A DNA stretch of 64,000 nt from an uncultured Holophagales bacterium (GTDB taxonomy: Bacteria; Acidobacteriota; Thermoanaerobaculia; Multivoradales; UBA5704): the NCBI GenBank assembly GCA_963842525.1, contig CAWJGT010000019.1:192001-256000 (forward strand), in the 5' to 3' direction. The number at the start of each line of letters is the position of its first letter. Position 1 is the first letter of the stretch. The notes beneath the pieces were generated by a model. The model had not been told where the DNA came from. It searched no databases and worked only from the letters and a program-made list of their open reading frames with translations. Positions 8,663 through 18,900 of the stretch are shown piece by piece. Position numbers and translations under genes: made by a program.

Positions 8663-11302
8663 GTGCCAACCTTTTCCGAACGGACAACAGCAGGCGGGCA
8701 TCATGGCACCGGCCATGCAAATTGCGCTCGCGTGCCCCATCGGAGCCCTATCTTGGCAGCAGCGGTCCTATTCCTCTCCCTCCTCGCCCTGTTCCCGGCC
8801 GGCGCGGCCCTTGCTCAATCGACGCAGGCGTCCCCCCGAGCGTCCAATATTGTGGGCACCGACCCGCTCCTCTGGCCGGAGCCGCAGAGGGCCTTCCTCG
8901 AAGACGGTCCCGGCCTCCTCCTCACGCCGGAGCAGCGCACCGAGCTGCGCTCGCTCGACGAGGCGGGGCGCGACCGATTCATCGAAGACTTCCTGAGCGA
9001 CGACGAGCTGGCCGAGGCGATCACGCGCCGCCGGCATCTCGCCGACAACGACTTCTTCTCGCCTTCGGACGTGCGCTGGCAGATCGTCTTCCTGAACGGC
9101 CCGCCGAAGGAACGCCTGGTGATCGACTGCGGTCAGGCCTTCAAGGCGCTGGAGGTCTGGGCCTATCCCGGAGGGATCGACCGGATGACCGGCCGGCCGG
9201 GAAACCGCGACCTGGTGGTCTACCGCCCTGGTCCGGGGCAGCCGTTCCGGCTCTGGCTCCCCAGCGATTCGAAGCGCGCGCTCTACACCTCCGCGATGGA
9301 GTACTGGCTGGAGCAGTGGGAGGAGCTGCGCGGACGCATCCAGGCCGTGCGCTTCGACCTTCAGACCTGCCGCAAGGCCACGGAGCGGATCGACGAGGCC
9401 ACGGGCGTGCCCGGGCTGACCGGCGCCAGGCCCTACAAGGGCTCCGTGGTCCGACCGATCGACGTCTCGTCGTTTCTCGCGGCGCCGAAGGAGGTGGCCG
9501 ACTGGAAGCGCGAGGCCTTGGCGGTGGAGGCTCCGACCCCACCGCCTGCGTTGACGGTGGAATCGCTCGACCTGCGGTTTCCCGAGCGGGACGGCCAGCG
9601 CCTCCGGATGCGCGCGCTGCTCCAGGTGCCCGTCGAGGGCCTGGAGCTGGTCGAAGAGGGGGCCGACAAGAAGGAGTATGCCCTCACGGTCCAGGGCATG
9701 TTGGAGCAGGGCGGCAAGCCCTTCGAGGAGGTCCGCATCCGCTACCGGCTGCCCGCCCCGCCGCCCGGCGAGCCGCTCACCCTGGCGGTCGACCGCTGGG
9801 TGCGGCCGGACGGGCTGTTCCTGCTGCGGCTCCAGCTCGAGGACGAGACGGGCGGCGGCAAGGCGCGCCTCGCGCGCGGCTTCCGCGTGCCGCGGATGGC
9901 CACGCCTGATCCGATGGCCGCGGGAGTCCCGGGCGGCGAGCTGGTGCCCGACACGATCGGCCAGGGCAAGGACAGCCTGATCCTGCTGCCGCCGCCGGCC
10001 GACGTGGTGCTGGGGCTGTGGCGCGCCGATGCCATCGTCACCGGCCAGCGGATCAAGAAGGTCGTCTTCCTGGTGGACGGCACCGCCCAGCTCACGCGCA
10101 CGTCGGCGCCCTATTCGGCCGAGGTGCGGCTGGCGAAGTTCCCCACCGAGCAGGTGGTGCGGGCGGAGGGCTTCGACGAGAAGGGCGAGCTCGTCGCGGC
10201 CGACGAAGTGATCCTCAACCAGCCGCGCGGCGCGCTCGGCGTCTGGGTCACCGAGCCGCCCAAGGGGGCCAAGGTCGGTGCCCGGACCCTCGTCAAGGCC
10301 GAGGTCATGATCCCGGACGGCCGGCGCATCGAGTCGCTGGACTTCAAGCTCAACGACGAGCAGGTGGCCTCGCTCACCAAGCCGCCCTGGCAGATCGACC
10401 TCGACGTGCCCGCGGGCGACCTGGTCTATGTGACGGTCGCGGCGGTCCTCGACGACGGTACCCGGGCCGAGGCAGTGCGCTATCTGCGCTCGCCAGAATA
10501 CTTCGAGGAGCTGGAGGTCAACCTCGTCGAGCTCTACGTGGCGGTGAACGACCGCTCGGGCCAGGCCGTCCCCGGGCTCACAAAGGACGACTTCGAGGTC
10601 TACGAAGCGGGCAAGCCCCAGGAGATCTCCAAGTTCGAGCTGGTGAGCAACCTGCCGCTCACGGTGGGCATCCTGCTCGACAGCTCGGGCTCCATGGCAG
10701 AGTCGCTGAACCAGGCGCAGGAGGCGGCTTCCGAGTTCCTGCGGCGCGTCATCAAGCCGAAGGACAAGACCTTCGCGGTGAGCTTCTCCAGCCGCACGCG
10801 GCTCGACATGCCGCCGACCGACGACGCCGAGGCGGTGGCCCTCGCCCTCTCCGGCATCCAGGCGGTGGGCGATACGGCGCTCCACGACGCGATCATCCAC
10901 AGCCTCTACTACTTCCGGGGGATGAAGGGGCAGCGCGCGCTGGTCCTGCTGTCGGACGGCGATGACAACGCCAGCTACTTCCCCTACAAGGACGCCCTGG
11001 AGTATTCGCGGCGCAGCGGCGTGGCCATCTACGTGATCGGCTACAACCTGCCGGCCACGGCGATGGGCCTCCGCTCGAAGCTGGGCGAGCTGGCCGAAGC
11101 GACCGGCGGCAAGGTGTTCCTGGCCGACGAAGCCACGGACCTGCCCGGCATCTACGCCCAGATCGAGAAGGAGCTGCGCAGCCGCTATCTGGTGGCCTAC
11201 AACTCGAATGAGACCGGCCAGCCGGGCACGTTCCGCGAGGTGGAGGTCCGGCTCAAGAAGAAGGGGCTGACGACGCGGACGATGCGCGGGTACTACAACT
11301 AG
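8663..11302 (+). CDS. Exported GWxTD-like / Ig-like / VWA domain protein (VWFA-related Acidobacterial type), paralog 1
   Basis: Signal peptide ending ALA-Q; MIDAS DSSGS, GDTALHDA and LSDGDD; VNLVELYVAV..GLTKDDFEVYE linker; C-terminal RGYY. Start codon uncertain. Confidence 0.85.
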   Translation: MPTFSERTTAGGHHGTGHANCARVPHRSPILAAAVLFLSLLALFPAGAALAQSTQASPRASNIVGTDPLLWPEPQRAFLEDGPGLLLTPEQRTELRSLDEAGRDRFIEDFLSDDELAEAITRRRHLADNDFFSPSDVRWQIVFLNGPPKERLVIDCGQAFKALEVWAYPGGIDRMTGRPGNRDLVVYRPGPGQPFRLWLPSDSKRALYTSAMEYWLEQWEELRGRIQAVRFDLQTCRKATERIDEATGVPGLTGARPYKGSVVRPIDVSSFLAAPKEVADWKREALAVEAPTPPPALTVESLDLRFPERDGQRLRMRALLQVPVEGLELVEEGADKKEYALTVQGMLEQGGKPFEEVRIRYRLPAPPPGEPLTLAVDRWVRPDGLFLLRLQLEDETGGGKARLARGFRVPRMATPDPMAAGVPGGELVPDTIGQGKDSLILLPPPADVVLGLWRADAIVTGQRIKKVVFLVDGTAQLTRTSAPYSAEVRLAKFPTEQVVRAEGFDEKGELVAADEVILNQPRGALGVWVTEPPKGAKVGARTLVKAEVMIPDGRRIESLDFKLNDEQVASLTKPPWQIDLDVPAGDLVYVTVAAVLDDGTRAEAVRYLRSPEYFEELEVNLVELYVAVNDRSGQAVPGLTKDDFEVYEAGKPQEISKFELVSNLPLTVGILLDSSGSMAESLNQAQEAASEFLRRVIKPKDKTFAVSFSSRTRLDMPPTDDAEAVALALSGIQAVGDTALHDAIIHSLYYFRGMKGQRALVLLSDGDDNASYFPYKDALEYSRRSGVAIYVIGYNLPATAMGLRSKLGELAEATGGKVFLADEATDLPGIYAQIEKELRSRYLVAYNSNETGQPGTFREVEVRLKKKGLTTRTMRGYYN

Positions 11303-11305
11303 GGA

Positions 11306-11457
11306 GGCCCCTCACCCCCCTGGCCCCCCTCTCCCATCCGCACTCACACCCACCCGGGAGAGGGGGGAAAAGAGGGCGGAAAATACCAGGCCGTCTTCTC
11401 TCCCCTCTCCCGCGGGTCCGGGAGGGCGGATGGGAGAGGGGCCGGGGGTGAGGGGCC
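11306..11457. repeat. Second copy of the nested CCCTCACCCCC/CCCCTCTCCC palindromic element
   Basis: GGCCCCTCACCCCCC...GGGGGTGAGGGGCC outer arms with two inner CCCCTCTCCC..GGGAGAGGGG hairpins; same architecture as 5128-5281. Confidence 0.8.
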
Positions 11458-11487
11458 ACGGAGTCCGGCTCTTCGAAGGAGGTCCGT

Positions 11488-14064
11488 ATGTGGAGATGGT
11501 CGCTCATCGCTTCGGCTGTCCTCCTTCTGACGACTGCCACCCACCCGGCCGCCGCCGCCGGCTCCGACCCGGTCCTCTGGCCCGAGGAGCAGCGGACATT
11601 CCTGGAAGGGCCCGGCCTGCTGCTCTCCGCCGTGCAGCGGCAGGACTTCATCGGCCTTGACGAAGCCGGCCGCACGGCCTTCATCCAGGGCTTCCTCGAC
11701 CGCGACCCGATCCCCGGGACTCCGGCCAACGAGCTGCGCGAAGGGATCGAGCGCCGCCGTCGCCTGGCCGCCCTGGAGCTCTGGTCGGCGCAGGACGTAC
11801 GGGCCAGGCTCCTCTTCCTCCGCGGCCGTCCGGTCGAGAAGCTTGTCGTCGATTGCGGCGCGGTCTACAAGCCGATGGAGGTCTGGAGCTACGGCGCACC
11901 CAATGCCGTCGACCTGGTGCTCTATCAGCCGTCGCCCCGCGAGCACTTCCGCCTCTGGGTGCCGATCGACGCCAAGGCGTCCCTCTACACCTCCGACATG
12001 GCCAACTGGCTCGAGCAATGGCAGCAGATGGAGATCGGGGGCAAGCGGATCGACCGCCGGTTCTGCCCGGACTCGGACCGGGTGGACCGCGCGACGGGCA
12101 TCGACGGCCTCCAGGGCGCTCTGGTGGCCTCGCACAACGCCCGCGCCACTTCGTCCAATGGAGCGGACAGGAAGGGCCGCTTCGGGGAGATCCGCCGGCT
12201 CAGCCCCAAGGACCGTGCGTCCTTCCTGGCGCCGCCCGCGAGCCTGGCCGACTGGGCCCGCGAGGCCGCTGCTACGCCGATGCCCGAGGAGGCCCTGGCG
12301 CTGACCGTGGAGACCTTCGACATGGACTTCCCCGTCCGGACGGGACAGAGGCTGGTCGCCCGTTCGCTGGTCGCCCTGCGGGCGGACGGCGCGCTCGCGG
12401 CCACCGAGGTCGAGGGCAAGCGCCAGGTGCGGCTGGTCGTCGAGGGGCTGATCGAGGAGGGGAGCCAGGTCTTCGAGACGTTCCGGGCACGCTACCGCCT
12501 GCCGCCGCCGGCGGGCGATGGGCCGGTGCCGCTGCTCCTGGAGACGCCGCTCCGCCCCGGCCAGACCTTCCTTGTCCGGCTGCGCGTGCGCGACGAGAGC
12601 AACGGTGCGCAGGCCGTGCTGTCGCACGGCTTCCGGGTGCCGGCCAAGACCGAGACGAAGCTGGCGGTCGGAGCGGTGGCGGCGGCCACCCGGGGCGAGC
12701 TGGTGTCCCTCCTGCCCGGCACCGGCAAGGACCGCCTCATCCTGCTGCCGGCCCTGGGCGAGGTGATGATCGGGACCTGGCGCGCCGAGGTCCTGGTCAG
12801 CGGCCCGCGCATCGCCCGGGTCAACTATCTGGTGGACGGCGAGACGCAGATGACGCGGACCAAGCCGCCCTTTTCCACCGAGCTGCGCCTGGCCGCGTTC
12901 CCCCGCGAGCAGGTGGTGCGGGCCGAGGGCTACGACGAAGCCGGCGAGCTGGTCGCCGCCGACGAGGTCGTCCTCAACCAGGCCCGCGGCACCTTCCGGG
13001 TCCGCATCACCGAACCGGCCCGCGGGATCCGCCTGCGGAGCGGGGACAAGCTGACGGCCCGCGCCGAGGTCGTCGTCCCCGAGGAGCGCCGGGTCCAGAA
13101 GGTCGAATTCCTGGTCAACGACGTGCCGGTCGCGTCGCAGGAGGCCCCGCCCTGGCAGGCCGAGATCCACGTCCCCGACGAAGAGATCGTCCACCTGGCC
13201 GCCGTGGCCTTCCTCGACGACGGCAGCCGGGCCGAGGACCTGCGCTTCCTGCGGGCGCCGGACAACCTGGAAGAGCTCGACGTCAGCCTGGTGGAGCTGT
13301 ACGTCACGGTTACCGACGGCGGAGGCCGCGTGGTGCGCGGGCTGCGCCAGGAGGACTTCCAGGTCCTGGAGTCGGGCCGGCCGCAGGCGCTCTCGCGCTT
13401 CGAGCTGGTGGAAAACCTCCCCCTGACGCTGGGCTTCGCCATCGACACCTCGATCTCGATGGCCTCCTCGCTCATCGAGGCCGAGCGTGCCGCGTCCGGC
13501 TTCCTGCAGGGCATCATGACGCCGCGCGACCGCGCCTTCGCCATCGGCTTCGCGCAGTATCCCTATCTGGTGATGCCGCCCACGGACGACGTCGAGGCCA
13601 TCAGCCAGGCCCTCGCGGGGCTGCGCGCCAACGGTCGCACGGCGGTGTACGACGGCGTCATCACAGGCCTCTATTTCCTGCGCAGCACGCAGGGGCAGCG
13701 CGCGCTCGTGGTGCTGACCGACGGCGACGACAACGCGAGCGGCACGCCCTGGGAGGACACCCTGGAGTACGCCCGCCGGAGCGGCGTGACGATCTTTCCC
13801 GTCGGCCTGAACATCGGCAACCTGGCCCTGGAGGTCCGGAACAAGCTCGGCGACCTGGCCGAAGCCAGCGGCGGCAAAGTCTTCTACATCTCGAAGGCCG
13901 AGGAGCTCACCGGGGTCTACGACGAGATCGAGCAGGAGCTGCGCAGCCGGTATTTCCTCGCCTTCAATTCCGACCGCAAGGCGGACGACCTCGGCTTCCG
14001 GCCGGTGGAGGTCAAGGTCAAGCGCGGCCTCAAGGCACGGACGGCGCGCGGGTACTACCCGTAG
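11488..14064 (+). CDS. Exported GWxTD-like / Ig-like / VWA domain protein, paralog 2
   Basis: GGAGG RBS; signal peptide; colinear with paralog 1 (DPxLWPExQRxFLEGPGLLL, VRAEGxDExGELVAADEVxLNQ); MIDAS DTSIS and LTDGDD. Confidence 0.88.
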   Translation: MWRWSLIASAVLLLTTATHPAAAAGSDPVLWPEEQRTFLEGPGLLLSAVQRQDFIGLDEAGRTAFIQGFLDRDPIPGTPANELREGIERRRRLAALELWSAQDVRARLLFLRGRPVEKLVVDCGAVYKPMEVWSYGAPNAVDLVLYQPSPREHFRLWVPIDAKASLYTSDMANWLEQWQQMEIGGKRIDRRFCPDSDRVDRATGIDGLQGALVASHNARATSSNGADRKGRFGEIRRLSPKDRASFLAPPASLADWAREAAATPMPEEALALTVETFDMDFPVRTGQRLVARSLVALRADGALAATEVEGKRQVRLVVEGLIEEGSQVFETFRARYRLPPPAGDGPVPLLLETPLRPGQTFLVRLRVRDESNGAQAVLSHGFRVPAKTETKLAVGAVAAATRGELVSLLPGTGKDRLILLPALGEVMIGTWRAEVLVSGPRIARVNYLVDGETQMTRTKPPFSTELRLAAFPREQVVRAEGYDEAGELVAADEVVLNQARGTFRVRITEPARGIRLRSGDKLTARAEVVVPEERRVQKVEFLVNDVPVASQEAPPWQAEIHVPDEEIVHLAAVAFLDDGSRAEDLRFLRAPDNLEELDVSLVELYVTVTDGGGRVVRGLRQEDFQVLESGRPQALSRFELVENLPLTLGFAIDTSISMASSLIEAERAASGFLQGIMTPRDRAFAIGFAQYPYLVMPPTDDVEAISQALAGLRANGRTAVYDGVITGLYFLRSTQGQRALVVLTDGDDNASGTPWEDTLEYARRSGVTIFPVGLNIGNLALEVRNKLGDLAEASGGKVFYISKAEELTGVYDEIEQELRSRYFLAFNSDRKADDLGFRPVEVKVKRGLKARTARGYYP

Positions 14065-14074
14065 GACCTCGCGG

Positions 14075-14838
14075 TCACGGTTGCTCGGGAAGCGTCACTT
14101 GCAGGTCGGTCGTCTGGAGCGCGGGCAGGGAGACCGTGGTCAGATAACCCTGCCTACGACCCCCTGCGATGGTGCTTTCGGAAGAGAGGGTAGAGAGGAA
14201 CAGCTCGTAATCGCCAGGGGCCAACCCCGCGAGAACCAGGCGCCCGGCGCCGTCGGTCTCGGAGGAAAGCCCGAGCAGGTGCAGATGGCTGGCGAGGACG
14301 CTTTGCGGCACGATGGTGCCCCCCTGCCGCAGGATCACTCCGGCGTGCGGCAGAGGCTTGCCCGTATCGTCCAAAAGAGTCAGCTCCAGCGCGGCCGGTA
14401 GTTGCGGGCAGTGCAGCGTGGGCGGTGGGATCTCATCCGGCTCGGCAGAAGCGGGCAGATCAAACCAGGAGAGGGGGCAGGCCGGGCCGGAGACGAAAAG
14501 GCGCGGCCGCCCCGGCGGGACCTCCACCACGAAATCGCCATCCGCTTCCGAGCGGGTCTGGGAGAAGAGAAAAGGCCCACGCTCGAGCGAGCCGCCGCCG
14601 CTCCCGATCCAGGCGTTGGGGACCGGGCTTCCACTAGCCGAGAGGACTGTGCCTCGGACAGTTCCCTTGCGCTTCAGGACCAGGGTGACCGGCGCGATGG
14701 GCGTGCCTTCCTCCACCCGTACTTCGATGGATTGAGACTCGCGATAGCCAAGCTTGTTGGCCACCGAGAGCTCCAGTGCCTTCGCCTTGCACCTCGATTT
14801 CGAATCGACTCCTACTTCCTTGAGCCCTGGTATTTTTC
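14075..14838 (-). pseudogene. C-terminal fragment of a carboxypeptidase-regulatory-like (beta-sandwich repeat) protein
   Basis: GTVRGTVLSASGSPVPNAWI..TRSEADGDFVVEV and LLDDTGKPLPHAGV..TDGAGRLVLAGLAPGDYEL repeats. Upstream of about 14840 the frame is only the antisense of the plus-strand gene. Confidence 0.65.
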
Positions 14839-15785
14839 CGGGCGCGCCAAAGCCGAGGCGATCTACCGTTTCGTCCGCGACGAGATCGCCACCGAGGACG
14901 AGCCGGGCATCCTCCCCAAGGAAGGCTCGTCGCTGCAAAAGGTCCTTGCCGAGAGGCGGGGCAACTCCACAGAGAAAGCCCTCCTTCTCGATGGGATGCT
15001 CGAAGCTGTCGGCATCGACGCTCGACTGGCATGGGCCGCCGACCGGCGTCGCGGCCAGATCGACCTGAAGCTCCCCAATCCCGGCTGGTTCGACAGAGCC
15101 CTCGTCATGGCCCTGGTCGACGGCCAGGTCAGCGCCCTCGATCCGTCGGATCGGGCGCTGCCGTTCGGAAAGCTCCAGCATGGCTACGAGGGGACTCCGG
15201 TGCTGGTCCATGACCCCCTACGGCCCAGGCAGGTCATGCTGCCGGAGACGCCGTTCGAGCGAAACGTGAAGAGGGCGGTGCTGGATCTCGCCCTGGACGC
15301 CGGGGGCCGCCTCGCGGGGACCGGCGAGCTCGTGCTCACCGGCCATCCCGCCGGGGAGAGGATCGACTGGAAGGAATGGCTGGGTGAGCGTTATCGAGGC
15401 TTCGAGCTCGCCGGCGTGCAGGTCCAGGAGCTCCCGGACGAGTGGAAGGTCCGCCTCGCCTGGTCGCTCCGGCAGCGGGACGAGGACGTTCTGGGCGATG
15501 AGCTCAGCCTGCAGCCGAGCCTGCCCCTCGGGCCGATGGTCCAGCCGTTCGTGCAGCCGGCCGACAAGCGGCGTTCCGAGGTCCTGTTTCCCTACGGCTT
15601 CGTCGAGGAGGTGGAGCTGCGGCTGCGCTGGCCCGAGGGCTGGAAGATCGAGAGCGTCCCCGGGCGTGGCGAAGCTTGAGAGCTCAGTCGGCGCGCTGGC
15701 CGTGGAGACGGACGCCAAAGAGGCGGAGCGCACACTGGTCTATCGGCGGCGCTTCGAGATGCGCCCCCGGAAGCTCGGCAACCAT
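14838..15785 (+). pseudogene. Fragment of a DUF3857-type transglutaminase-like protein (5'-truncated, frameshift near 15665, 3' end apparently lost)
   Basis: KAEAIYRFVRDEI..VLAERRGNSTEKALLLDGMLEAVGIDARL..LPNPGWFDRALV..LDPSDRALPFG. It continues in another frame as AKLESSVGALAVETDAKEAERTLVYRRRFEM. No plausible start or signal peptide. Confidence 0.65.
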
Positions 15786-15914
15786 CGGGACCTCACAACG
15801 CGCCACACCGGATTTCCAGTCCTGCGGCCTGGCCTCGGACGCACCGCGCCTCCTTTTCCCCTCCCCGCGATAGACTTCCTCCCGATCCGACCGCTGAGGT
15901 CGTGAGGAGCCAGC

Positions 15915-18900
15915 ATGGTGATAGCGGAGGACCGCCAGAAGACCGAGGTCATCGACCGCGTGGCCGAGCGGGCTGCGGAGCTCGCAGGACCCGGCCGGGG
16001 AGACGAAGCGCGGACGTTCGTCCGGCAGTTCTATGAGCACGTGCCTCCGGACGGGGTCGAGGGCGAGGAGCCGGACCGGCTCGCCGAAGCGGCGTTGTCG
16101 TTCCTGGAATTCGCGCGGGAGCGCACGCCGGGCAGCCCGAAGGTCCGGGTCTTCACCCCCCGCCGCGAGGGCGACGGACGCGAGACGCCTCCGACGGTCA
16201 TCGAGACCGTCAACGAGGACATGCGCTTCCTGGTCGACTCGGTGGCCGCCGAGCTCCACACCCGGGGGATCGAGATGCTGCTGGTGACCCACCCGATCCT
16301 CACGGTGGAGCGCGACGCGGGAGGCCGGCTGACCGCGGTGCGCGAGCCCGGCGAGGCCGCCGGCGCGGCGCTGCGGGAGTCGTGGATGCAGGTCCGGATC
16401 GCCCCGCAGCCGGCCGGCCGGCACGAGGAGATCCGCCAGGGGATCGATGTGGTGCTCGCCGCCGTCCGGTCGGTGATCGACGACTGGCAGGCCATGCGCG
16501 ACCGCTGCCATGTGATCGTCGAGGAGCTCGAGCGCAACCCGCCGCTGCTCCCCGCGGGCGAGATCGCCGAGGGCAAGGAGTTCCTCCTCTGGCTGCAGAA
16601 GAAGAGCTTCACCTTCCTCGGCTACCGCGAGTACAGGTTCGAAGGCGAGGGCGCAGGCGCCGTGGCCCGCGTGCTCCCTGAGTCCGGCCTCGGCCTGCTG
16701 CGCGACGAGTCGTTCGTGCTGTTCGACGGCCTGCGCAACCTCGGCAAGCTGCCGGACGACATCCGCGACTTCCTCCGCCGGCCCGTCCTGCTGCGCAGCA
16801 CCAAGAGCAACCGGCTCTCGCCGGTGCACAAGCCGGTGCCGATGGACACCGTGGCGGTCAAGTGCTTCGACGCCGAGGGCCGGGTCACCGGCGAGCGGCT
16901 GTTCATCGGCCTCTTCACCGCCGCGGCGTATGCCGTGAGCCCGCGGACCATCCCGCTGCTGGCGGACAAGATCGAGGCGGTCCTCGACCGCGCCGGGGTG
17001 CCGCCGGACAGCTATGACGGCAAGAACCTGCGCCACATCATCGAGACCTATCCGCGCGACGAGCTGTTCCAGATCTCCCGCGACGACCTGTACCGCAACG
17101 CCATGGGCATCCTGCACCTGCAGGAGCGGCAACGCACGGCCGTGTTCGTGCGGCGCGACCCGTTTCGGCGTTTCGTCGCCTGCCTGGTCTTCCTGCCGCG
17201 CGACCGCTACAACACCGGCCTGCGGGGGCGCATCGAGGAGATCCTGGCCGTGGCCTTCGGCGGCGAGGCGAAGACGGCCCAGACGCAGGTCACCGACTCG
17301 GTCCTCGCCCGCCTCTACATCATCGTCTCGCGCCCGTCGGGACGGGTGCGCGACGTCGACCTGGAGGAGGTCCGGGCCCGCGTGGCCCAGGCGGTCCGCT
17401 CCTGGGCCGACCTTCTCGCGGAGGCGCTCCGCGAGGTCGACGACGAGGAGCGCCGGCTGGGCTTCTTCCAGCGCTATGCGAAGGCGTTCCCCAGAAGCTA
17501 TCAGGACCGCTTCTCGGGCACCGACGCCGTCTTCGACGTCCGCCAGATCGAGGAGGCCCTCGCCACCGACGGCCTGACCCAGAACCTCTACCGCCCGGCC
17601 GGCAGGGAGCCGCACGACCTCAACTTCAAGATCTACGGCAGCATCGAGCCCAAGCCGCTCTCCGACATCCTGCCTATCCTGGAGAACATGGGCGTCAAGG
17701 TCCTCGCGGAGATGCCCTACGAGGTGGCCCTCGACGGCGTGGGCGCGCCGGTCTGGGTCCGCGAGCTCCGCATGGTCAGCGAGGACGGCATGGCCATCGA
17801 CCTCGACTCCGTGCGGGAGGCGTTCCACGAGACCTTCGAGTGCGTCTGGCGGGGGGAGGTCGAGAACGACGGCTTCAACAAGCTCGTCCTGCGCGCCGGC
17901 CTGGTGGCCCGCGAGGTCATGGTCTTGCGCGCTTGCAGCAAGTACCTGCGGCAGGCCACGCCGTTCAGCCAGCCCTATATGGAGCAGGCTCTGGCGTGCA
18001 ACCCGAAGATCGCCCGGCTTCTGCTCGACCTCTTCCTGGCGCGCTTCAACCCGCAGCGGACCGGCGCAGGGAGCGCCGCTGCGAGCGAGGACATCCGTGG
18101 AGAGATCGCCGAGCTGCTCGAAGGGATCAAGGACCTGGACGAGGTCAGGATCCTGGGCCGGTTCCTGAACCTGGTCGAGTCGATGCTGCGCACCAACTAC
18201 TTCCAGGCCGGGGCGGACGGCCGCCATAAGCCCTACCTCGCGCTCAAGCTCGACTCGCGGAAGATCGAGGAGCTGCCGCTGCCGCGGCCGTTCCGCGAGG
18301 TCTTCGTCTACAGCCCGCGCGTCGAGGCGATCCACCTGCGCGGCGGCAAGGTGGCGCGCGGCGGCATCCGCTGGTCCGACCGGCGCGAGGACTTCCGCAC
18401 CGAGGTCCTCGGCCTGCTGAAGACCCAGATGGTCAAGAACGCCGTCATCGTGCCGGTGGGCTCGAAGGGTGGCTTCGTGGTCAAGCGTCCGCCAACGGCC
18501 GGCGGCCGGGAGGCGCTCCAGCAGGAGGGGATCGAGTGCTACAAGACCCTGGTACGTGGTCTTCTCGATCTGACCGACAACCTGAAGGGCGGCAAGGTGG
18601 TGCCGCCGCCGGACGTCGTGCGTTACGACGACAACGACCCCTACCTGGTGGTGGCGGCGGACAAGGGGACGGCGACGTTCTCCGACATCGCCAACGGCAT
18701 CTCGGCCGAATACGGCTTCTGGCTCGACGACGCCTTCGCCTCCGGCGGCTCGGCCGGCTACGACCACAAGGAGATGGCGATCACCTCGCGCGGCGTCTGG
18801 GAGAGCGTCAAGCGCCACTTCCGCGAGCTGGGCAAGGACGTCCAGACCCAGGACTTCACGGTCGTCGGCATCGGCGACATGTCGGGCGACGTGTTCGGCA

